Numbered from the stretch's first letter, positions 29,129-38,871 are shown. The stretch: 64,000 nt of DNA from Candidatus Saccharimonadota bacterium (GCA_020428105.1 JAGQNK010000001.1:1830-65829); one strand, 5' to 3'. The notes: a model not told the origin generated them from the sequence alone. Program-made: numbers and translations.

Positions 29129-30220
29129 GTGAGTGAGGTAATACAACAAACAGACAGTTTATCTGGGGGTGACTTGGACCACGGGTATGGGCAAGATATT
29201 GCTAACGAAATGCACCGCAACCTGATGATATGGGCGCGAGAGTATGTAGGTAGTATGGATGCTCCTGTCAATGATATTCTGGATCCAGTAGGACCGGAAA
29301 CTTCGTATACGGGCGAGCTGGATTCATATAGGCAGATACTGCGAGATATTCCGGTGCTGGGTAAAGATGAAGAACGTGCATTGTTTGAAAAGATTGACAA
29401 GGCCAAACTGGCAACCGCAAAGGTAGTCATAGATGGCATATGTTTTGCTAATGGTATGCCAGGCATGTTTGAACCTGCGGAAAAAGATCTATCTGATATT
29501 GCTGATGGAGTAGCTGCAAAGAAGTCCTTGGCATATCACAATCTTCGACTTGTGGCGTGGTTGGTTAGTCGCTATCAGTTCAAGACAGACTCAATTCTAG
29601 AAGCTGGCGATTTACTATCTGAGGGCATGTTTGGGTTAGACAACGCAATTGATAGATTTGATGTTTCAACGGGTAATGCGTTTAGTACTTTTGCTGTGCC
29701 TTGGGTACGCAATGGTATAACGCGTGCTGCCCGATCCGTTAGTATTATTCCAGAACATCACCACGTCAAGATTAAACCGATAAAAAGCCTGCTAAAAGCC
29801 GGTATGACACATGAAGAGATAGCCAAAGAACTCCACATGACAACAAGATCAGTAACAAGCATTATTGATTTTATCAGTACGCCCAAGTCTCTAGACGTGC
29901 CGATATCGAACGGTTCTTCTGATAAAGTGCTTGGTGATATGATTGCCGACTCGAATTCAGAAGATCCTTACAATATTATTGAACAACAGATTTCAATTAT
30001 GGGGTTGTTCGACGAGCTGAACGAAAGACAAAGTAGGGTATTGCGGCTGAGGTATGGTATTGGCTCACCTGAAGGTCCTATGACCCTAGAGGAGATTGCT
30101 AAGCTAGAGGGTTGTTCTGGGCCGAGAATTAGACAGATCGAAAAATCAGCTTTGGAAAAATTACGCCTGATTGTCGAGCGAAAGGGTTTAACCCAGGAAG
30201 AGCATCTCGTTTCTAGCTAA
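29129..30220 (+). CDS. Alternative sigma-70 family sigma factor
   Basis: Region 2 (LLSEGMFGLDNAIDRFDVSTGNAFSTFAVPWVRNGITRAA) and region 4 (MTLEEIAKLEGCSGPRIRQIEKSALEKLR). GTG start. Confidence 0.8.
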   Translation: MSEVIQQTDSLSGGDLDHGYGQDIANEMHRNLMIWAREYVGSMDAPVNDILDPVGPETSYTGELDSYRQILRDIPVLGKDEERALFEKIDKAKLATAKVVIDGICFANGMPGMFEPAEKDLSDIADGVAAKKSLAYHNLRLVAWLVSRYQFKTDSILEAGDLLSEGMFGLDNAIDRFDVSTGNAFSTFAVPWVRNGITRAARSVSIIPEHHHVKIKPIKSLLKAGMTHEEIAKELHMTTRSVTSIIDFISTPKSLDVPISNGSSDKVLGDMIADSNSEDPYNIIEQQISIMGLFDELNERQSRVLRLRYGIGSPEGPMTLEEIAKLEGCSGPRIRQIEKSALEKLRLIVERKGLTQEEHLVSS

Positions 30221-30320
30221 ATCTAGATTGACGGTTTCACCAGCCAGAACTCAAAAGGTTTTAGGTAAATGCTTTATGCTATTGCTTGCGTCTTTAGCCC
30301 AGTAGTGTCATGCTTGCATC

Positions 30321-30794
30321 ATGAACAGAGGTGCAAGCAAGTTTGAGCAACCACTAACAGAGCATATGGTTGATGTGGTGGTCCTGTTGCACGAAGTTGG
30401 GATACAAGAAGAGATGGGCGGTAAGTATATTTCTTTCCTAGGAGAAGATCATTGTGCTGTCGATACTGACATACAATATTCTTCACTAGCTATCGGTAGA
30501 CTGTATATGGCCAGTCTGAGGAAGTCGTTGACAGAGGAGTATTCTATTCTCGAACAAACAATGATCGGGTTGGTTACTGGCCAGGCCAGCAAAGATCAGC
30601 CGATGTCAATTGCCGAAGCGGCTCGTGAGTATGCCCTTCGATTTGGTGATTCTGAAATTGTCCGGCAAGAATGTGTACAAATGTTTTTCTCTGGTATACG
30701 TAAAGTTCGCCAGAGGATAAACGCTTACCCAGAGCTTGCGCATTTGGGACGAATTGACTTGGAGCAGCGCTGGCAGCAACGAGGTTCGAGATAA
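30321..30794 (+). CDS. Hypothetical protein (157 aa)
   Basis: ORF follows the alternative sigma gene. No motif recognised. Confidence 0.4.
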   Translation: MNRGASKFEQPLTEHMVDVVVLLHEVGIQEEMGGKYISFLGEDHCAVDTDIQYSSLAIGRLYMASLRKSLTEEYSILEQTMIGLVTGQASKDQPMSIAEAAREYALRFGDSEIVRQECVQMFFSGIRKVRQRINAYPELAHLGRIDLEQRWQQRGSR

Positions 30795-30804
30795 TAGGAC
30801 AGAC

Positions 30805-31599
30805 TCACCGCGTTTCCGGCTTTTTGCGTGGTAGTTGGCTGTAGTAAGGCATAGAGCGCAGACAGGAATCTAGAACATGCCAAATCTGCCTAAAAGCATC
30901 GGCAACAACAGGGTTTGTAATGGTGATTGCATGTGGTTCGGATCCAAATACTACGATTAGTAGGGTAGAGCCGCTGACGCTCCATTCTACAGGGGCAGTG
31001 TAGTCCTCTTGTTTTATCCATGTGCGTGTTAGATTACTGCGATCGTCTCCGTTGCTAGACGTAGTGCCTGTCCCTAGATCTGGTGTGATCCCAAATCGTT
31101 GAACATTGTGTCTTGACGGTGCTATACGTATCTCGTGCATAGTGTCGAATCCCATTACAGGTATATCGGAGCGGGATCTGATAAAAAAAAGTGGTTCAAG
31201 TTGATCTATTTGTTGGCGGTAAGCATCTGCGACTTTTGGGCGCCCAGTAACAATCTGAGTAGAAGGCTGGTCCGTGTGAGTATGGTAGGCGGTGAGCAAA
31301 TCTTTCAGAACGTGCTTGACTGCATTCTCTCGTGCTGTGGCAATGTTTCGTTGGTCGGCCACTATATTGCTTAATGCCATCGGGTTGTCAGGATAATATA
31401 TATACTTACCTTTTTCCTCTTTGCGAATAGCCAACCCCATATCAGTTATCTGGTCTAATACTTTGTATGCATTTGTGCGCGAAAGACCTAGATGTTTGGC
31501 TAGGATAGGTGGCAAAGCGCTACCATTTTCTAGCAGAAAGACATAAGTTCGTGCTTGTACTGGGTTTAACCCAGTCGCGACAAGGTCATTGAAATTCAT
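30805..31599 (-). CDS. TrmB-family transcriptional regulator
   Basis: N-terminal wHTH LNPVQARTYVFLLENGSALPPILAKHLGLSRTNAYKVLDQITDMGLAIRKEE. Start taken at MNFNDL. Confidence 0.7.
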   Translation of the reverse strand: MNFNDLVATGLNPVQARTYVFLLENGSALPPILAKHLGLSRTNAYKVLDQITDMGLAIRKEEKGKYIYYPDNPMALSNIVADQRNIATARENAVKHVLKDLLTAYHTHTDQPSTQIVTGRPKVADAYRQQIDQLEPLFFIRSRSDIPVMGFDTMHEIRIAPSRHNVQRFGITPDLGTGTTSSNGDDRSNLTRTWIKQEDYTAPVEWSVSGSTLLIVVFGSEPHAITITNPVVADAFRQIWHVLDSCLRSMPYYSQLPRKKPETR

Positions 31600-31757
31600 A
31601 ATTTCAGCATAACACAGTAACATGAATTTGTGAAGTGATATTTCACAAAATAAATACAACAGAGAAACAATTGCAAAATCATGTGAAACATTGTTGACAA
31701 ACAATGTAATATAGCTTATAATCCTGTTGAATATTTTGTGAGTAAGGAGTAAGTATT

Positions 31758-32609
31758 ATGGCCGAACAATTGATTACTTTTGAAAAATTTAATCCTAGTA
31801 CGGATAGCGTGTATTCGATTGGTGACGGGGTAATATCAGAAATGTCTGAAGCTTTTGGGCATGATCTTACTATTGTGCCGGACGTAGACAATATTGGTCA
31901 GTTGATTGGCGCGGTTGGCCCAGCCAAAGAGCTACAGGAAAATATTGGACTTGTACAGGAAAAACTCGGTACATCTAGAAATTCCGTCGAGATAGCTACA
32001 GACTGGGTTGATCGATCGGGGCTGTTATTGCCGGTCGCACGTTCGTATATGGATGTAGAGATTGATGCCGATGAATACAATTTCGATACTGCGGTTATAA
32101 CTGGTGGAGTACGAAACTGGATGATGCGTCGCGCAGAACGACTCATGCCAGAGCTTGACAGAGTTGGTCGTGTCGCATTGGTCGCAGGTAATCGTTTGAT
32201 GAAAACCACCGAAGGGTCCGATGTACAAGAAGGCATGACTGAAGCAGATTTCATGGAGTCTGTAGTTGGTGGCTTGCTGAGTCAGGCTGGGGTCGAGGTG
32301 GAAGTTGTGCATGTAGACTCTGGGGTAGGCGACGAAGTAATGAATGCCGTGGCTAAACACATCGATGCATCTGATAGTATTCTGATTGCTTCGAATGCTG
32401 GTGCATGGGTACAAAATGCCGGTCAGTTGCGACGGGCAGTCAGGAGTTTACACCAAGGATTTGATGATGACTGCTCACAATTGTATGTAGTGAGTGATTC
32501 ATTTCCACTTGGTACAGGCGAGGAGCCAACGACTACGCATCAGAATCCTTTTACAGCGCTTGGCCAGATTGCCCGAAATGCCCAGGAACTCGTTCGCCAA
32601 CAGTCGTAA
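31758..32609 (+). CDS. Hypothetical protein (283 aa)
   Basis: AAGGAG Shine-Dalgarno sequence at 31744-31749 and a TTGACA/TG-TAATAT promoter at 31694-31722. It looks vaguely YdcF/DUF218-like, but I am not confident. Confidence 0.5.
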   Translation: MAEQLITFEKFNPSTDSVYSIGDGVISEMSEAFGHDLTIVPDVDNIGQLIGAVGPAKELQENIGLVQEKLGTSRNSVEIATDWVDRSGLLLPVARSYMDVEIDADEYNFDTAVITGGVRNWMMRRAERLMPELDRVGRVALVAGNRLMKTTEGSDVQEGMTEADFMESVVGGLLSQAGVEVEVVHVDSGVGDEVMNAVAKHIDASDSILIASNAGAWVQNAGQLRRAVRSLHQGFDDDCSQLYVVSDSFPLGTGEEPTTTHQNPFTALGQIARNAQELVRQQS

Positions 32610-32656
32610 CATAAGCAATATCTACAGTATATATTCTGGCGTATACTGTAGATAGT

Positions 32657-35290
32657 ATGAACAAGTTGACGGGCAAGAAGGTGCTAGCGATTATCGACGG
32701 AAAATCGGTTTTTTACCGTGGCTACTATGCGATGTCGAATTTGAGTACCAAAGACGGTACGCCTACGGGTGGTGTGTTTGGTTTTGCGTCGATGGCGCTG
32801 GAGGTCATCAAGCGCCTTGAGCCGGATTATGTCTGTGTGGCGTGGGACAAACCCAAGACAAATATTCGCCGTAGGTTGGAGCTGTATCCGGCATACAAGG
32901 CGGGTCGTAAGCCAGCTCCACCAGATTTTTACGAACAAATTCCATTGCTACACGAATTGCTCGAAGCTTTTGGTTGGCCGCTATACGAGCTAGATGATTA
33001 TGAAGCGGACGATATCATGGGTTCACTGGCTGTACAGGCGACCACCAAGGATATTGAAACCATGTTGATTACCTCTGATATGGATATGTTGCAGTTAATT
33101 AATCCGCACGTACATGTTTATGCACTCAAGACGGGTTTGAGTAACATAGAATTGTATTCACCAAAGAGCTTTGAGGCAAAATATGGTATCCGGGTGGATC
33201 AATTTCTTGACCTAAAGGCTTTGAAGGGTGATTCGTCAGACAATATTCCTGGTGTTCCGGGTATTGGCGAGAAGGGTGCGTTAGACCTGTTGAAGCAGCA
33301 CGGAACCCTTGATGGAGTATACGAGAACATTGAGCTAATACGCGATAGCGTGAAGAAAAAGCTAGTTGCAGGCAAGGAGTTGGCATATCTGAGTAAACAA
33401 TTGGCTGCTATATGGACCGATGCACCAATTGAATTGGATTTGAAAAAACTCGATGTGGCTCACTGTAATCCCGAACAAGTCAAACACGTTTTGACCAAGC
33501 TAGAATTTACCAGTCTGGTGAAACGTTTGCCAGATGTGATGCAGGTGGCGGCTAGCGAAGAGCAGGCGGCTATTCGGCAGTCTGGCCTGAAGTCATATGA
33601 ATTGTCATTATTCAATACTGGTGACAAGTTAGATCATGGAAAAAATACGGATACATATTTTGTACTACCTGTTTATTCTGACTCTCACAAGAAGACATTA
33701 ACCCATTTGGCGATAGCCAACGAACATGGCAAGGGTTCGATTATTTTGGCCGATCAGCTGACTGATTCTGAGGTGCAGAAAGCACTTATTAATCTCAGCG
33801 GAACGATAGTGACATACGATGCCAAGGCATTGCTCAAGCAGTTTGTGGCATGGCTAGATACCGAGCGCACGATATTTGATATTCAGATAGCGGCTTTTAT
33901 GCTGAATTCCTTGACCCGGGATCAATCCATTGCTGGCCTGGCCCGCGAATGGCTTGATCTTGAGACAGAAGCCGAGGAGATGGACGAGTTGGCGCGTTTA
34001 CGCTTGGATACGGCAGTATTGGCAAAACTACATAGTCTATTCAAGCGAGAATTGGCAAAATCAGATAATGCTCAGTTGCAGAAGCTTTTTAACGATGTGG
34101 AGATGCCGCTTATACCGGTGCTGGCTCGCATGGAACACGAGGGAATTCAGCTTGATACTGGCTATCTAGCTAGCATGGCCGATCAGATTGAAGATATGGT
34201 TTCGGATTTGGAACAGCAGATTTATGGACACGCTGACGCGGAGTTTAATATTGGCTCTCCGGCACAACTGGCAGAGATTTTGTTTGAAAAATTGGGCTTA
34301 CCCAAAGATGGTATCAAGAAAGGAAAGACTGGATATTCTACGGCCGCTACGGAGCTTGATAAACTGCGCAGTCTACACCCGATTATCGACTTGATTAGCC
34401 AGTGGCGAGAGGTTACTAAGCTCAAGAACACTTATGTTGATACTTTACCCAAAATGATAGACTCTCATTCCAGACTGCACACAACTTATGCCCTGACGGT
34501 TGCAGCAACGGGTAGATTGAGTAGCAATGACCCAAACCTACAAAATATTCCGGTACGTACAGAGCTCGGTAGGCAAATTCGCACTGCCTTTGTGGCCGGG
34601 CCTGGTAAAATGCTGGTCAGCGCCGATTATTCTCAGCAAGAACTGCGTTTAGCGGCATATTTATCAAATGATGAAAAGCTAATTGAATTGTTTAATGATG
34701 ATATCGATGTTCACACGGTAACGGCGGCAGAGGTTTATGGACGCGCCCCAGAAGATGTGACCAAAAACATGCGACGCGACGCAAAAGTTGTGAATTTTGG
34801 CATTATGTACGGCCTTAGTACCCATGGATTGGTTGCGGCAACAGGTATGACATACGAGCAGGCTAAGCATTTTATAAAAAAGTATTTCGAAGTTCGCCCA
34901 AAGCTAGTAGATTATATCGATAGCGTCAAAGAGAAGGCTAAGGCTGAAGGTTATGTCGAAACAATTATGGGACGACGTCGCCCGACACCAGATGTGAAGT
35001 CAAGTAATTTTATGGTTCGTGAGTCAGCTTTGCGCGCGGCAGTCAATATGCCTTTTCAGGGTAGCGCCGCAGATATTATGAAACTTGCCATGGTTCAAGT
35101 TGCAAATAAATTGAAGGGTAGCGATAGCCAGATGTTGCTACAAATTCATGATTCAATCATTGTCGAATGTCCTGAAGAAGAGGCTGAAGATGTAGCAAAG
35201 CTAATAAAGACAACTATGGAGAATGCCTATCCATTGCCTATCAAGCAGACTGTCGATACAAGTATTGGCAGAAACTGGGGGGAGTTATAA
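32657..35290 (+). CDS. polA: DNA polymerase I
   Basis: 877 aa with a 5'-nuclease N-terminus (GDSSDNIPGVPGIGEKGA) and pol motifs (SADYSQQELRLAA, RRDAKVVNFGIMYG, QIHDSIIVE). Confidence 0.95.
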   Translation: MNKLTGKKVLAIIDGKSVFYRGYYAMSNLSTKDGTPTGGVFGFASMALEVIKRLEPDYVCVAWDKPKTNIRRRLELYPAYKAGRKPAPPDFYEQIPLLHELLEAFGWPLYELDDYEADDIMGSLAVQATTKDIETMLITSDMDMLQLINPHVHVYALKTGLSNIELYSPKSFEAKYGIRVDQFLDLKALKGDSSDNIPGVPGIGEKGALDLLKQHGTLDGVYENIELIRDSVKKKLVAGKELAYLSKQLAAIWTDAPIELDLKKLDVAHCNPEQVKHVLTKLEFTSLVKRLPDVMQVAASEEQAAIRQSGLKSYELSLFNTGDKLDHGKNTDTYFVLPVYSDSHKKTLTHLAIANEHGKGSIILADQLTDSEVQKALINLSGTIVTYDAKALLKQFVAWLDTERTIFDIQIAAFMLNSLTRDQSIAGLAREWLDLETEAEEMDELARLRLDTAVLAKLHSLFKRELAKSDNAQLQKLFNDVEMPLIPVLARMEHEGIQLDTGYLASMADQIEDMVSDLEQQIYGHADAEFNIGSPAQLAEILFEKLGLPKDGIKKGKTGYSTAATELDKLRSLHPIIDLISQWREVTKLKNTYVDTLPKMIDSHSRLHTTYALTVAATGRLSSNDPNLQNIPVRTELGRQIRTAFVAGPGKMLVSADYSQQELRLAAYLSNDEKLIELFNDDIDVHTVTAAEVYGRAPEDVTKNMRRDAKVVNFGIMYGLSTHGLVAATGMTYEQAKHFIKKYFEVRPKLVDYIDSVKEKAKAEGYVETIMGRRRPTPDVKSSNFMVRESALRAAVNMPFQGSAADIMKLAMVQVANKLKGSDSQMLLQIHDSIIVECPEEEAEDVAKLIKTTMENAYPLPIKQTVDTSIGRNWGEL

Positions 35291-35291
35291 C

Positions 35292-35705
35292 ATGGATCAC
35301 GAAGTACGAACATTTCAGTTTAGGAAATTGGTGCGTAGTGGGGTGCTGGAGAGCATGATACAGAATAACCAGAGAGTGAATGCAGAGTATCTGACCGGAC
35401 AGAGGCATCTAGAGGCAATGGAAGACAAGTTCCGCGAAGAAACAGACAGGCTATCTTTGGCCAAGGGATCTGAACAAGCCTTAAATGAGCTAGCAGACAT
35501 ACAGCAGCTGATTGATGATTCACTAACGTTGTTAGGACAGACTCCAGAGGATCTCGCACGGGTTCAGGCCGAGAAACGAAACAAGGCTGGTGACTTCTTG
35601 AGAGGAGCTTTCGTCCGGACGGTTGAGGTTGACTCAGGAATAGACCCGGATCGATATACCTACTTCATAGAGCACCCTGACTGTTATCCTACGCAGCTGG
35701 ATTGA
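35292..35705 (+). CDS. All-alpha NTP pyrophosphohydrolase (PRA-PH / MazG-like)
   Basis: RKLVRSGVLE...EDKFREETDRL...ELADIQQLI...AEKRNKAGDF matches the KLVRDKI..EE..E..ElaD..K..rGgF pattern. Starts 1 nt after the polA stop. Confidence 0.55.
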   Translation: MDHEVRTFQFRKLVRSGVLESMIQNNQRVNAEYLTGQRHLEAMEDKFREETDRLSLAKGSEQALNELADIQQLIDDSLTLLGQTPEDLARVQAEKRNKAGDFLRGAFVRTVEVDSGIDPDRYTYFIEHPDCYPTQLD

Positions 35706-36977
35706 TTATTTTTGTGCTAATTCGGCTAGCCTTTTGGCGCGATAGTTTTGGAGCATTTGGACCGCTTCGCTCGGCATATCAGGACGTTGATCTCCGTTAT
35801 CAAATTGATCACCTTGTTTAAACAAAATACCTCGGCTTACTAGAAACTCTAGAAATTTACCAAAAGGCGCATCGATTAATTTATTGACACCTTCACGCAT
35901 AGAGTATGCGATTTTCTCTGGATGATCATGATGTACGCGTTGACCACCAACTTCATCTAATGTGGCGAAGCTTAGACGTTTGTCATCTGATGCGTATGTA
36001 CCGTCTGATTTAGGGTGGACCTTACCGGCTAGGAATTCCCTTAGGGTCAAACGGTTGATGTCGCCAGCGTGTCCAAGTGAATTGGTAATGTTGCCACCGG
36101 CTATAAGTGCTAGAACTGCTGCACCACTTGCTGCTGCTCCTGCTAGCGCACCTGCCGTAGCTTCTTTGGTCGTGCGAGGCCTAGCTAGCAGTATGCCAGC
36201 TAACGCCATACCGCCAACATACCCAATGCGAAGCTTTGCTCGGTTATCACGTATCCAGGTGTCTGTTGGATCTGGCTGTAGATCGTCGGGACGGAAACCG
36301 GGATCTTCAAAATTATGCTCCGCATAGCTATATAATGGCACATTTGATCGCATAATTCCCGGTATTCCCATTTTGTGCAAGGGTGGTGAATGGGGGTCAC
36401 GTAACATGAACCTTACTCGCCTCAGGCTTGGCAAGTTGTTGGGGTCAAAACGTACTGGATGTTTGCGATCTTGCTTCATTTGCTCTGGGTTTTCATACAT
36501 AAATCTAGGGTTTTTATCGTACAGAATACGCGTGCCTTCATCCACTGTATATTCTTCAGCCGGTTGATATAAATCGCGAACTAATTCACGGGCAAGACTA
36601 CCTATTGCATAGGCGGTTTCGGTGTCTATAGACTCAACTGCCGGGTCAAGACCGTATATTTCGTCCGGTGTTTCTGGGTGATCGGCGTTATTTGCAGAAG
36701 GATCGTTAAGCCAATCTATATAATCTGTGAGTTCGACAAAGCTAGTTAGGTTGGCATCTGGAGTGCTGTGATGTATACGATGAACGGCCGCCCAACGTTT
36801 GGTATCAGTCAAGTGTCCGCCGGCAATTCTGGCAGTCTTACCCACTGCATCACCCTCGAATTCGAGCGAACGATGGGTCCATACGCGGTGGTCACGAATG
36901 GCAGTGTTTGCCAGTGATGTAAACGCGGTTATTCCAGTTAGAATAGCTGCATTTTGTAGGTGTTCTCCAGTACTCAT
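35706..36977 (-). CDS. Acyl-CoA/acyl-lipid desaturase-family protein (divergent)
   Basis: Three His boxes in order: HRVWTHRS, HRIHHSTPD, RVHHDHPE (compare HRLWSHRS / HRxHH / HNxHH of Delta-9 desaturases). Confidence 0.6.
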   Translation of the reverse strand: MSTGEHLQNAAILTGITAFTSLANTAIRDHRVWTHRSLEFEGDAVGKTARIAGGHLTDTKRWAAVHRIHHSTPDANLTSFVELTDYIDWLNDPSANNADHPETPDEIYGLDPAVESIDTETAYAIGSLARELVRDLYQPAEEYTVDEGTRILYDKNPRFMYENPEQMKQDRKHPVRFDPNNLPSLRRVRFMLRDPHSPPLHKMGIPGIMRSNVPLYSYAEHNFEDPGFRPDDLQPDPTDTWIRDNRAKLRIGYVGGMALAGILLARPRTTKEATAGALAGAAASGAAVLALIAGGNITNSLGHAGDINRLTLREFLAGKVHPKSDGTYASDDKRLSFATLDEVGGQRVHHDHPEKIAYSMREGVNKLIDAPFGKFLEFLVSRGILFKQGDQFDNGDQRPDMPSEAVQMLQNYRAKRLAELAQK

Positions 36978-37042
36978 ATATCTATAATAACACCTATTTT
37001 AGCGTTGATATTTGTTTAAGAATGTGCTATAATAGTTTGGTT

Positions 37043-37627
37043 ATGAAATACGTTTTGGGAATCTTCGGCGTTATCTTTGTAGCAATCATTGCGATTGTAC
37101 TGATTACGCATGGTGGTGGTGACAAGCGACCGGTTGTTAAACCTCTCGTAGTGTCAGAGGAGGCAAGGGAAGGCGTTTCGGCTGTATATACCGTACAGGG
37201 AGCGGTAGTTGGTGAAAATCAACGTCGCGCTATTCGCATTATTGTCAACCAAGACGAACGCCGTTTGGAAATCCTTTCTGGTTACGGTGAGGCAGTAGAA
37301 CGCTCAAACACGTTCTCAAATACTAATGCTGGCTTCGAGAACTTTTTGGTTGCATTAGACCAAGCTGGCTACAACACTAAACGTCCAACAAGAATTGATG
37401 ATGAACGTGGCGCATGTCCACTTGGCCGTAGGTATATATACGAACTGCGCGAATATAGCCAAGAAATGTTGCGTTTATGGAATACGAGTTGTGGTGGCAA
37501 GCTGGGTAACTTCAATGGCCGATCTACAACAGTTCGTAGACTATTTGAGCGACAAATACCTAACTATCAAAAACTAGTTAGTGGCGTTGATTTGACTGGC
37601 ACAAAAGTTGCCAAGGAATCTAACTAG
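37043..37627 (+). CDS. Hypothetical membrane-anchored protein
   Basis: TGcTATAAT (37025-37033) lies 9 nt upstream of the ATG. N-terminal TM LGIFGVIFVAIIAIVLI. Confidence 0.5.
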   Translation: MKYVLGIFGVIFVAIIAIVLITHGGGDKRPVVKPLVVSEEAREGVSAVYTVQGAVVGENQRRAIRIIVNQDERRLEILSGYGEAVERSNTFSNTNAGFENFLVALDQAGYNTKRPTRIDDERGACPLGRRYIYELREYSQEMLRLWNTSCGGKLGNFNGRSTTVRRLFERQIPNYQKLVSGVDLTGTKVAKESN

Positions 37628-37632
37628 AATTC

Positions 37633-38226
37633 TTGTACACTGATAGTGTGACGAAAGTAAAAGCAATAATTTTTGACTGTTTCGGTGTGCTGACTTCGGC
37701 AAGGTGGCACGCGTTTTTAGACAGTTTGCCGGACGGTGTTGATATCGAGGCTGCACGAGCAGTTCATAGGGCTTATGACGCCGGAATAATTTCAAAAGAG
37801 GTAAACGCGTCACAGATCGAAGAAATTACTGGACATTCATATGCAGAGATTGACGACATATCAAGCGAAGAAATCGTCAAGAACTCGCTCCTACTCGAAT
37901 ACATCCGTGAGCTAAAAGATCGGGGTTACAAGATAGGACTACTGAGCAATATAGCATCGAACTGGATTCGTGACAGCTTCCTTGCCGATCAAGAGCAGGC
38001 ACTATTTGATGTCATGATCATGAGTTTTGAGACTGGTATTATAAAGCCCGATCCCAGGATGTTTGAGATGGTCTGCGAAAAATTGGATGTGCTTCCCGAG
38101 GAGGCAATTATGGTTGATGATATCGATCGCTACTGTGCGGCAGCCGAGGCCGTAGGTATGCAAGCCGTTATATATAGAGACTTCAAACAAGCCAAGCAAC
38201 AAATAGAAGAACAAATAGCAGGATAA
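37633..38226 (+). CDS. HAD-family hydrolase (subfamily IA-like)
   Basis: AIIFDCFGVL (FDxGGVL-type motif I), LLSN, and MVDDI motif IV. TTG start. Confidence 0.65.
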   Translation: MYTDSVTKVKAIIFDCFGVLTSARWHAFLDSLPDGVDIEAARAVHRAYDAGIISKEVNASQIEEITGHSYAEIDDISSEEIVKNSLLLEYIRELKDRGYKIGLLSNIASNWIRDSFLADQEQALFDVMIMSFETGIIKPDPRMFEMVCEKLDVLPEEAIMVDDIDRYCAAAEAVGMQAVIYRDFKQAKQQIEEQIAG

Positions 38227-38344
38227 TATACCACAAGCGATATAAATATTCTGAATAATCAATCTACGTCGAACTGGATTTGACAAGCTACCTTAAGGGG
38301 GATTAAATGGTAGATACTATTCTCCAAAACAGAAAGGAAAAACC

Positions 38345-38584
38345 ATGGCATCTTATGAATTAGTTGATAACAGCAGCATGCACGGGATGATAGTGGTAGG
38401 TCCTGGTGGCTTAGACGAGACATTCGATATTTCATACGGCACAACCGACAAACATTTAGTGTCTGTCAGAGATCCTCTGAGTCTAGTAGATTCAACGCCT
38501 TTTGAGGTAGCAGCAAGTTCTTTAGGTCAGGTTCATGAAACACCCCCCCCATGTTCGTTTTGGTGGAGGTGTAGCCGTTACTGA
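38345..38584 (+). CDS. Questionable small ORF (79 aa) carrying a C8 tract near its 3' end
   Basis: Weak Shine-Dalgarno sequence (aaagga); no homology recognised. May be non-coding or a phase-variable/pseudogene remnant. Confidence 0.25.
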   Translation: MASYELVDNSSMHGMIVVGPGGLDETFDISYGTTDKHLVSVRDPLSLVDSTPFEVAASSLGQVHETPPPCSFWWRCSRY

Positions 38585-38589
38585 GTATA

Positions 38590-38832
38590 TCAGGAACCAA
38601 TCCTAAGGATCAGGCGTTTATTGGTTTGGCATAGTTGTTGAAGATTGTGTAGGTGTACGCGGAGTGCCCCGGCAAGCGCAGAGCTTGGTACCTGAATAAT
38701 GATTTGTGTAGTATGCACACTAACTTTGGCGGTTTGCTGATAGTTTTTCCAGATGAAATCTTTGATAATACGTACTTCCGACGGTTCTTCGAAACGTTCT
38801 TTTGGCAGTAGATCAGCAATCGAGTTAGTCAT
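38590..38832 (-). CDS. DUF721 (DciA-like) small protein
   Basis: ..IIIQVPSSALAGALRVHLHNLQQL....KRLILRIG resembles the DUF721 C-terminal pattern (L.V.v.ss.wa.eL...l...i..i). Confidence 0.4.
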   Translation of the reverse strand: MTNSIADLLPKERFEEPSEVRIIKDFIWKNYQQTAKVSVHTTQIIIQVPSSALAGALRVHLHNLQQLCQTNKRLILRIGS

Positions 38833-38871
38833 AACTGTTTCTATGCTATCAGATAAGCTACAATTGAGGCT

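Noticed and set aside
35962-36327. A 121-aa plus-strand ORF inside the desaturase-like gene.
   Set aside because: It is antisense to a gene with three ordered His boxes, and it is itself Ala/Ser/Pro-rich low complexity.
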